A DNA stretch of 15,932 bases, taken from Fidelibacterota bacterium. GTDB lineage: Bacteria; Fidelibacterota; Marinisomatia; Marinisomatales; JABMOV01. The position numbers and the translations under genes were made by a program. This document shows, one piece after another, positions 1 through 7,375 of this stretch. The stretch is from the NCBI GenBank assembly GCA_046861395.1, contig JBHHUC010000052.1:1-15932 (forward strand), written 5' to 3'. Each line of letters starts with the position of its first letter. The stretch's first letter is position 1. The notes below the pieces were generated by a model. The model saw only the letters and a list, made by a program, of their open reading frames with translations, made no database searches and was not told the DNA's origin.

Positions 1-96
1 CCACTAATCAACTGAATTGCAATAGTAACGTTTTGGACAGATGTGGCCTAAAAGCAGCAATCATTTTATTTTATTGGTTCCCAAGGTACAGAATAG

Positions 97-104
97 TAAT
101 TTTG
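97..104 (+). promoter_or_regulatory. Possible FCB/Bacteroidetes-type -7 promoter box (TAnnTTTG)
   Basis: TAATTTTG lies 10 nt upstream of ATG115 and there is no Shine-Dalgarno. This is a motif match only. Confidence 0.3.
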
Positions 105-114
105 CCGCCGCCAG

Positions 115-357
115 ATGAAGACAAATTCACAAAAAGATATTCACATTTTCGAAGGCTGGTCTTTTTCAAAGACAAATTACATCCTTTTTGGTGCCGGATT
201 GGCAACCGTCATTCTGGGATACATTCTTATGGCCATTGGTGATGTGAACAGTACTTTGAGTTTGTCGGTTGCACCAGTCATGCTTTTTGTCGGTTATATT
301 GTGATTATTCCCTTATCCCTGATTTACCGGGATAAGAAGAATACATCCGATCAATAG
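115..357 (+). CDS. Small two-TM membrane protein, DUF3098-like
   Basis: 80-aa ORF with two hydrophobic helices. The pattern F.K.NYIL...G...ILGYILM and LSLSVAPVMLFVGY is recalled as DUF3098-type. Confidence 0.75.
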   Translation: MKTNSQKDIHIFEGWSFSKTNYILFGAGLATVILGYILMAIGDVNSTLSLSVAPVMLFVGYIVIIPLSLIYRDKKNTSDQ

Positions 358-367
358 CCCATATTTT

Positions 368-486
368 AGAATTGTAGTTTCCGCCTGCATCCCGATAGAT
401 CGGGATTACGGCGGACAGGCAGTTGGTTAGAACGTCCCGTCACAAGACGGGAAGGTCGAAATGTTCATGACCGTTGTTTCTCACCA
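368..486 (+). pseudogene. Degenerate tRNA-Asp-like copy interrupted by palindromic inserts
   Basis: 368-379 matches tRNA 502-513 at 10/12. 420-434 is identical to 514-528, and 453-458 is identical to 546-551. There is a 40-nt hairpin insert at 380-419, the anticodon arm is replaced by hairpin 435-452, and the T arm is decayed. Confidence 0.7.
380..419. repeat. Nested REP-like palindrome
   Basis: TCCGCC(380-385)/GGCGGA(410-415) encloses ATCCCGA(389-395)-TAGA-TCGGGAT(400-406). Confidence 0.65.
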
Positions 487-501
487 TGCTTTCGTACATT
501 T

Positions 502-575
<74 letters not shown>

Positions 576-582
576 CTCCTTG

Positions 583-620
583 AAAAGACTCTTTTGTCGA
601 CGACAAACGGATCTTTTTTT
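583..620 (+). terminator. Rho-independent terminator after the tRNA (possibly bidirectional)
   Basis: Imperfect hairpin AAAAGA..TTTGTC-GAC-GACAAA..TCTTTT running into a T tract, between convergent units. Confidence 0.6.
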
Positions 621-726
621 ATCTATCCATTGTTAGATAATTATAAAAATAACAGCCATAACTAAAATATCCCGTCACAAATCCGTCACAATCATCCATG
701 GTTATATCAAATGGTTTTCCTGCCCC

Positions 727-1899
727 TTACTTGTTTTTCCCCCAGGCATTGAGTTTCTTTTTCACCGCAGCATTCAGGAGTGGCGCCAGTCGTCCTTTTT
801 CCCAGGCAATGCGAGTGAACATACCTTGTTTTGTCTTTAGCGGTTTGGTGTATTTTTTCCGTGGTTCCATGCGAATGGCCTGCTTTTCACAGGATGTTAT
901 ACACGCCCCACATCCCAGACAAATATCATCCCGAACCCGGCTGACCCGGTGTGATGAATTGCGGTCCAGGGTAATTGCACGTACATTGCAGGCGGTAAAA
1001 CAGGCACCGCAATAATCGCAAATGTCTTCGTCTATGACAGCCTGATACGGCGATGTTTTGACACCCTGGTAGTATCCGGACTGAACACCTTCCATGATAT
1101 GACAGCAACAACCGCAGCAATTGCATATAAAGCTGGGTTTATGTCGTACATTGTCCGTGATATGCGTTAGATGCAGCGATTCGGCATAGTCCAGGATATC
1201 CAGGAGTTCCTCTGTTGTCTTCCGTTCTGCAAATCCACGCCGGATCAGAAATTCCGCCCCCTTTCCCACCGTCAGACAAAGACCCTTGACCGGAGCACCT
1301 TTCCGGCAGGACTTTCCTTCATGAACCCGTTGATGACGACAATAGCACATGGCGGCAGCGCCGAATTCTGCTTCCCTGACAATGGCTTTGGCACTGTTTA
1401 ATGAAACTACCGAACTGGTCACAGGAACGGCGGAATCATAGACCAGCGACCGGGTTAATTGGGTCTTACTGCCGAAAAACTCCGCTCCCTGGCTGTGTTC
1501 GTCTCCCCAGTGAAAATATTCCGCCATCAATCGTGCGACTTTTTCCAGAGGTAAATCGGTACGATTTTTCATAAATGTGAATTCAAAAAATCCAATGACA
1601 CCGGGTAACAATAAATAATACGTTTCTTTCCTGTACGGCAAATCCATGATTAAGCCCTTGTCAGCCATTTTATCCAGTACCGGCAATAGTGTTTCAACCG
1701 ACATTCCGGTACGGTCGGTTAGCTCAGACAAGGTGGCTTCCAACAAGGGAAAACGGGATGCCACGAATGCTTCTTCCTCAGAAAAAAGCAAAGCCAGGAT
1801 CTCCCTGAGTTTCTAATTATCGACCAATCCAACGGGATATTGATTTAACCGGTCAATCAGGGGAATCAAATTTGATTTGGATCCTACCAGATGTCCCAT
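727..1899 (-). CDS. 4Fe-4S dicluster (ferredoxin) domain protein with N-terminal HTH-like region; frame interrupted by an in-frame TAG at 1813-1815
   Basis: Motifs CYCRH, ICNCCGCCC, CDYCGACFTAC and CLGCGACITSC. The frame extends 36 codons upstream of the tracked TTG1791 to ATG1899: MGHLVGSKSNLIPLIDRLNQYPVGLVDN*KLREILALLFSEEEA. Confidence 0.8.
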
Positions 1900-2031
1900 G
1901 ACATATTCTTTGTATAATACTATCGAACATACATCCTTTTCCAGCCGAATAAAATGAGAATGATACTGAATATTTTCCCCTGTCTTCTGATCTGAAACAA
2001 TCTAAATTTCAAGACTAACTTGGGGAAGTTT

Positions 2032-2448
2032 ATGACACGGGTGAGGCCATTGACACTTGTTCTGTTTATTCTGAATCTATTCGTTGGCGGTGCTGTCCTT
2101 GTAGATACATACTGGTTTTCCAATAAAGCCGAGAGAGTTCCCGAACACATTCAGATGATCATCGCCGACCACTGTAAAATATGCCATGACCGCTCCCAAA
2201 CTGCCACCTTCTTCCGGGCGGAAGCACAGACAGAACTAAAACTTCAGGGCGGTGAAACCTTGAATCCCATTCTTCCCTTCGGTGACTTATCCCAACTTAC
2301 ACCGGCAGAGGTCCGGGCCCTGAAAGGTCGCATCGCTGCCATGCTCGAAAGGAATCTCATGCCCCAGGGGACACAATCCTTTCTATCGGATTTACAATGG
2401 CATGATGATGAGAGAATGGAATTACTGACCTGGGCCAGATCCGACTAA
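2032..2448 (+). CDS. Membrane-anchored or exported mono-heme c-type cytochrome (Haem_bd-like)
   Basis: N-terminal hydrophobic helix, CKICH heme motif, distal MP (NLMPQG) and C-terminal ERMELLTW helix. ATG2032 is preceded by GGGGAAG. Confidence 0.75.
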   Translation: MTRVRPLTLVLFILNLFVGGAVLVDTYWFSNKAERVPEHIQMIIADHCKICHDRSQTATFFRAEAQTELKLQGGETLNPILPFGDLSQLTPAEVRALKGRIAAMLERNLMPQGTQSFLSDLQWHDDERMELLTWARSD

Positions 2449-2457
2449 GGGATGGAA

Positions 2458-2970
2458 TCAGTGTAATATAAACTGGTTCTTGAAATCCTTTACCAAATCG
2501 GCGCCATGAGTAGTAACATCAACCTTATCATAAATTTTAAACACTACGCCATTCCGGTTAATGAGAAATGTTTTCCTACTGGGAAACATGAATCCCTTTG
2601 TCCCGTAAAGTGTTGAGACCGATTTATCCGTATCACTGAGTAAGACAAACGGCAGATGATGATCTGCAATGAATTTGGCGTGCGATTCCGGTGTATCATA
2701 ATTAATGCCCAGCACGACCACACCGGAGTCCGTCAATACGCTGTAATTATCCCGTATACTACAGGCTTCCTTGATTCAGCCGGGGGTCCCGTCCTTGGGA
2801 TAGAAATATACAATAATAAACCGACCGGCATAGTCCGACAAAGAACGGAATACACTGTCCTGGTCCATCAGCCTGAAGTCGGGAGCCTTATCACCGATCT
2901 GGATATCGCCATCTCTGCCCCACAGAAATGAGAGAAGGCCCATCATCATAATTGCAATTGTTGTTTTCAT
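2458..2970 (-). CDS. bcp: Exported BCP/PrxQ-family peroxiredoxin, probable selenoprotein (UGA = Sec, codon 65), 170 aa
   Basis: ORFs 2776..2970 and 2458..2736 share one frame and join as GDKAPDF...VYFYPKDGTPG-U-IKEACSIRD...VLGIN.D...H.KF...LPF.LLSD...RKTFLI. TGA (2776-2778) sits at the peroxidatic Cys position. Confidence 0.9.
2741..2765 (-). promoter_or_regulatory. Candidate bacterial SECIS hairpin
   Basis: Starting 10 nt after the UGA: stem CCUGUA/UACGGG with a GUA apical loop. An alternative fold is CUGUAGU/AUUACAG. Folded by eye. Confidence 0.55.
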
Positions 2971-4025
2971 TCTGATTCTTCCCGTTGGATATAAACAAAA
3001 AACCCTTTCCCGAATGAGCTGGAAAACATTCCATAGCCACCTTCAATATTGGAATCGGGAAGAACCCATTGATTCAGTCCCATGGGATCGCCGCTGAAAT
3101 ACTGAAAAAAGGCATCATCCGTGGCCTGAAGAAAAACAATATGCAGACCATAATAATTAAAATTCAACCAACCCATTTGCGTGGGAGAAACATCGATATT
3201 CCAGACAAACGGGTTGTACCGGTAAGGATTATTGTCTTCGTCTCGTAAATAACTTCCCTTCCATAATTGAAAGACCTTGGTCGTATCATAGATGAGATTC
3301 ACAAAGGTCGAATCCCGGACTTCATTGCGGTTATAATCGGTAAACGGTTCGCCGGAGTCATAGCGGCCGTTCCCGTTTTCATCGCTAAATGGTTCCAGGT
3401 CCTTTTTATCCGCTTCCAGAGCATAAGTAATGGTTTGGATTGTTCCAACCGAGTCGGCGGGAAATTCGAGCAAAAAATAGGGTATGGAAACAAAACTCTG
3501 GGTATAGCAATCCCCGGTTCGGTAGACGACAGTATCAATTGGCCCGGTGGGACGAAGAGTCATCATATCCATATTGTCCACATGAATGCCCGGTACAATC
3601 ACTTCTTCCCCATCGCAGGTAAATACGGAACTGTCTGGACTGGTAATGTCCATGGTCCGGGGTACGGTGGTTTCGGCCCATACCGTATCGCCCTGCCAGC
3701 TGACTTCCAGCCGATAGGTTGTTTGCGGCTGAATAATGATTGAAGGATCGAGGATGTACTGACCGTGCTTCCCCGGGACCGGCCAGGCCCGATAGGACGT
3801 ATCGGCAGTATGAATGAAAACCACTGCGCTGTCGATATAGAGGTCATTGCTGGATACCGCTTCGACCAAGGCGGCTGAACGAGAAACATAAATGGGATTG
3901 ATCATGGGTAAATTGGCCACTAGATGGGCAAAAACAATCAAGCGTTCCTCATAATGTGCTTCTTGGTCCTGAAACGTGCATCCCAGCAAGAATAAAATCA
4001 GAATAATTGTCATTGATTTCTTCAT
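2967..4025 (-). CDS. Lipoprotein partner of the TonB-dependent receptor (DUF4249-like) with an Asp-rich Ca-binding insert
   Basis: Lipobox LLGC, TYRLEV..AETTVP and C-terminal SNIEGGYGMF motifs. ATGA overlaps with both neighbours. Confidence 0.8.
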   Translation of the reverse strand: MKKSMTIILILFLLGCTFQDQEAHYEERLIVFAHLVANLPMINPIYVSRSAALVEAVSSNDLYIDSAVVFIHTADTSYRAWPVPGKHGQYILDPSIIIQPQTTYRLEVSWQGDTVWAETTVPRTMDITSPDSSVFTCDGEEVIVPGIHVDNMDMMTLRPTGPIDTVVYRTGDCYTQSFVSIPYFLLEFPADSVGTIQTITYALEADKKDLEPFSDENGNGRYDSGEPFTDYNRNEVRDSTFVNLIYDTTKVFQLWKGSYLRDEDNNPYRYNPFVWNIDVSPTQMGWLNFNYYGLHIVFLQATDDAFFQYFSGDPMGLNQWVLPDSNIEGGYGMFSSSFGKGFFVYIQREESE

Positions 4026-6334
4026 AAATCGACCGCAATTCCAATTGAAGGAATGAGAGGAAAGATACTTACATCTTCGCGGCGGATGCGACCCTCATCC
4101 TCCTCATCCACATGGGGTTCGCCTACATCGGGAACGCCATTATTATTCAGGTCATCCTTTTCCGCCACCCAGTCGCCGTCATCGTCCAGTCCGTTTTCCG
4201 TACTGCCAATCAAATATACATAACGGAATATATTCTTCCTGTTATAGGCATTGATCATCTGGAGACTAATATCCACCATCTTCCCTTTGACACGAAAACG
4301 GCGCAGCAGGCTTACATCCAACCGATGATACGGAGGATATCGACCGCCATTTCTTGTACCGGGGATGGTCCGAAACCGGGGCGTGGGATCGGCTGGTAAA
4401 TTCTCAACATAGTACCCGAGAATCGGAGTATAGGCCTGACCCGATTGCCAGGTCCATTTTCCATTAAATTCCCAATGTTTGCGGAATCGCCAGGTACCCA
4501 CCAGGTTCAGGGCATGCCGGCGATCCCAATTGGTGAAATATTCCTCTCCCTTGAATTGTTTTCGGGAGATCGACCAGGTGTAGGCCAGCCATCCCGTGAG
4601 GGCGCCACCGGATTTTTGCAGAAATGTTTCAAAGCCGTATGCATATCCATCTCCCGGAATGAAAATATCGCTGAGTTTTTCATCCGAAACTTCGGCGTCC
4701 GAAGTAGCCCTTCTTTCTTCATAGGTCAACATGTTCTGAATGGTTTTGGCATAGGTCTCAACCTGAAAATGCCAGCGATCGGAAACAAACTGTTCATAGC
4801 CGAAAACAATTTGCTGGGAAGAGGCGGGATCCACTGACCGGTCCACTGCCAACCAGTTATCCAGTATCGTCGGATTGAAATCGTCCTGTACCGTCTCGAT
4901 GAATTGGTGATAATTGCCAATGGCGAAATTCAGAAACCGGTCCGTATCCACAATGAATTTCATCCCGAAACGGAGGTCCGGATAAAGGGTGCGGGAATGG
5001 TTGTTATAATAATTTAACCGAAATCCCGGTTCCAGGACAAACTGGGCCACCGGAGTCCATTTCACCTTGATAAACGTCGCTGCCTCCACCGGGGAAACAT
5101 GAATATTAAATAAGAGTGAATCGTTAAAATGGCTATTATAGGTAAAGGCTAGATTTTTCATCTGGGTACCGAACGTCATGGTGATATCCTGACTGTAGAA
5201 ATAGGTAAACCGGATACTGTTCGTCCGGTCCAGAATCAGATTGGTACTTTTGATTCCCGATCCGCCCCCCAGTCCAAAGGCAGTGGAAAATTCACTGCTG
5301 GCGGTTAATATATTGGCCAGCAAACGATCGGTGAATACTTTACGATATGCCAGGCTGTAGGTCTTATTCCCCCAATTGGCGGCCAGTCCCAAATCGTTGA
5401 ATACCAGATCATCCAAACCGGTGTAAAGACTGAAACTGATGCGGTCCTGAGGTGTCAGGTCAGTGAAAACATGACCCTGAATATCATAAAAATAATATGG
5501 AATAAAATATTTCGTTCCTTTCAACACTTTATCAAAATATGTTCGGCGGGTGGAGACCAACCAGGCACCGTTGTAAAAGGGCCCTTCCATCGTTGTTTGC
5601 GCCGCCAGCAGAGAAACAGCGGCCTTGGCATCGATCCGGTTCCGGTTACCTTCCCGGCTGATAATATTAAGGACGGCCGACAGACGTCCGCCATATTCGG
5701 CATTATATCCACCCTTTATGAGTTCCGCTTCCTTTACCGCATCGATGAGAAAGTTACTGAACACACCACCCAAATGGGACGGATTGTATACGGTAATACC
5801 ATCCAGCAGAATGAGATTCTGATCGGTATTCCCACCGCGAATGATCAATCCCGTCGAAAATTCCGATGGTGTGAGGACGCCGGGCAGGGATTGGATGGTT
5901 CGGAATAAATCCGGTTCCACTATGGACGGTAGGGATTTCATATCGCGAGGCTTAAGATTGATCCGACTGGGTTCAACCACCTTCTGTCGGGATATCTGTT
6001 CCCCGCTGACAGTGACTTCATTTAATTCAATTAATTCGCGCTCCAGGGCAATATCTATCTTCACCGATTCCCGGTCCAGTATAACCGGTTTTTCATACCG
6101 TTGATAACCTAAATAAGACGCCACCAATTGATGGGTTCCGGCCGGGATGCCATTGATCACATAATAGCCGTTATGATCCGTCGCCGTACCCCAGGCCGTA
6201 CCATGGATATACACATTGGCGCCAATCAGTGCCTCACCGGTTTCCCGGTCTGTGACGAACCCGGTGATCCGGCCGGCCAGAACCGTAGTTATCAGCAAAA
6301 TATGCAGCAGGATAAACAATGATATCCGGTTCAA
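4022..6334 (-). CDS. TonB-dependent receptor (CarboxypepD_reg-like N domain, plug, beta-barrel)
   Basis: ITGFVTDRETGEALIGANV, plug LPGV..IRGG..QNLILLDG..YNP.HLGG.FS, YHRLD and NAYNRKN. The likely start is TTG6334 (AGGAGG 6 nt upstream, signal peptide follows) rather than 6427. Confidence 0.92.
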   Translation of the reverse strand: MNRISLFILLHILLITTVLAGRITGFVTDRETGEALIGANVYIHGTAWGTATDHNGYYVINGIPAGTHQLVASYLGYQRYEKPVILDRESVKIDIALERELIELNEVTVSGEQISRQKVVEPSRINLKPRDMKSLPSIVEPDLFRTIQSLPGVLTPSEFSTGLIIRGGNTDQNLILLDGITVYNPSHLGGVFSNFLIDAVKEAELIKGGYNAEYGGRLSAVLNIISREGNRNRIDAKAAVSLLAAQTTMEGPFYNGAWLVSTRRTYFDKVLKGTKYFIPYYFYDIQGHVFTDLTPQDRISFSLYTGLDDLVFNDLGLAANWGNKTYSLAYRKVFTDRLLANILTASSEFSTAFGLGGGSGIKSTNLILDRTNSIRFTYFYSQDITMTFGTQMKNLAFTYNSHFNDSLLFNIHVSPVEAATFIKVKWTPVAQFVLEPGFRLNYYNNHSRTLYPDLRFGMKFIVDTDRFLNFAIGNYHQFIETVQDDFNPTILDNWLAVDRSVDPASSQQIVFGYEQFVSDRWHFQVETYAKTIQNMLTYEERRATSDAEVSDEKLSDIFIPGDGYAYGFETFLQKSGGALTGWLAYTWSISRKQFKGEEYFTNWDRRHALNLVGTWRFRKHWEFNGKWTWQSGQAYTPILGYYVENLPADPTPRFRTIPGTRNGGRYPPYHRLDVSLLRRFRVKGKMVDISLQMINAYNRKNIFRYVYLIGSTENGLDDDGDWVAEKDDLNNNGVPDVGEPHVDEEDEGRIRREDVSIFPLIPSIGIAVDL

Positions 6335-6414
6335 TGGATGCCTCCTGCTGGTGTCCGTGTTCTGGTGAAGAGTCAAGAGATGCCCGGGGGTCGTGGGTCG
6401 GGTGAAAACATATT

Positions 6415-7326
6415 TCATTTCAACCATGATAATTGACTAGCAGTGAATCTCTTCGGGTTTATTCCCCATTCGGTCCAAGGTTTTTCTTCAGCGCAATCAT
6501 TACCGGCAACCAGCATAGTAAGCTGGTCCCGGGTAATAGGAAACCAGGCAAACCGATCCAGGAGGGCCAGAACCGGAAATAATAATGCAACGGGAACGGG
6601 GACAAACCATTTCTTGCGACCGCATGCCGCAGCGATCCGGGTCACCATTTCACGCCAGGTCAGGGAATCCGGTCCGCCAACCGGCAGGGTTTGACGGGAA
6701 AATTCTTCCAGTCGGTCAATGACATGTCCTACCAACTCAGCGACATCAGAAACATGGACCGGTGACAGGCGAAATTGGCCGGCCCGAGTAATCTGCCAGC
6801 CTGAAAAAAACAGTGGGACAGGTATCCTGGGCTTTATCATTTGCCGGGCTAGGGTCATCGTCAATTCCTTCCGACCGTTGGCAGGTCCGAATATAAGCGA
6901 AGGCCGGAGAATGGTCCAGGGAATGTCATAGGATTTGAGAATTGATTCTCCTTCCAGTTTTGTCCGTTGATAGGGCGTTCGGGCCCGATCAATACCCCAA
7001 GCACTGATCAGAATAACATGACGCACGTTTTTTACTGCGGCACGGGCCAGAATGTCCGCCAGAAGCGAAACATGGGCCCTTTCAAACGTGATACCGCGAC
7101 GGGAAAAAGCACGTATGATTCCGATGCAATATATCAATACGTCTGCCCGGTTCAGAGCCAAATCAATTTTATTTATATCATCCAATTGACCGGTTATCTG
7201 TTCATAGTCGGAGCTGTCAGGAGTTGGCCGACGGGTAAAAAGTGTCAGGTTGTGCCCCCGATGTGTCAAGGAGCGTGCTAGGTGGGAGCCGACAAATCCC
7301 GTACCGCCAAAAAGTGTAATATTCAC
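6415..7326 (-). CDS. NAD(P)-binding atypical SDR, complex I NDUFA9-like / NAD-dependent epimerase family
   Basis: Motifs GGTGFVG, YQRTK, WTILRPSLIFG, PVHVSDVA and GGPD.LTW. Confidence 0.88.
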   Translation of the reverse strand: MNITLFGGTGFVGSHLARSLTHRGHNLTLFTRRPTPDSSDYEQITGQLDDINKIDLALNRADVLIYCIGIIRAFSRRGITFERAHVSLLADILARAAVKNVRHVILISAWGIDRARTPYQRTKLEGESILKSYDIPWTILRPSLIFGPANGRKELTMTLARQMIKPRIPVPLFFSGWQITRAGQFRLSPVHVSDVAELVGHVIDRLEEFSRQTLPVGGPDSLTWREMVTRIAAACGRKKWFVPVPVALLFPVLALLDRFAWFPITRDQLTMLVAGNDCAEEKPWTEWGINPKRFTASQLSWLK

Positions 7327-7375
7327 GATTTCCCAATTGGCGGTGTAGTTTCCGGCCTAGCGGTTGGGAATGCAA

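Noticed and set aside
33..242. 69-aa ORF overlapping the DUF3098-like gene
   Set aside because: It is an alternate-frame overlap with a TTG start and no motif.
6335..6427. 31-residue N-terminal extension of the TonB receptor
   Set aside because: A strong AGGAGG before TTG6334 and the signal peptide immediately after it favour the shorter start.
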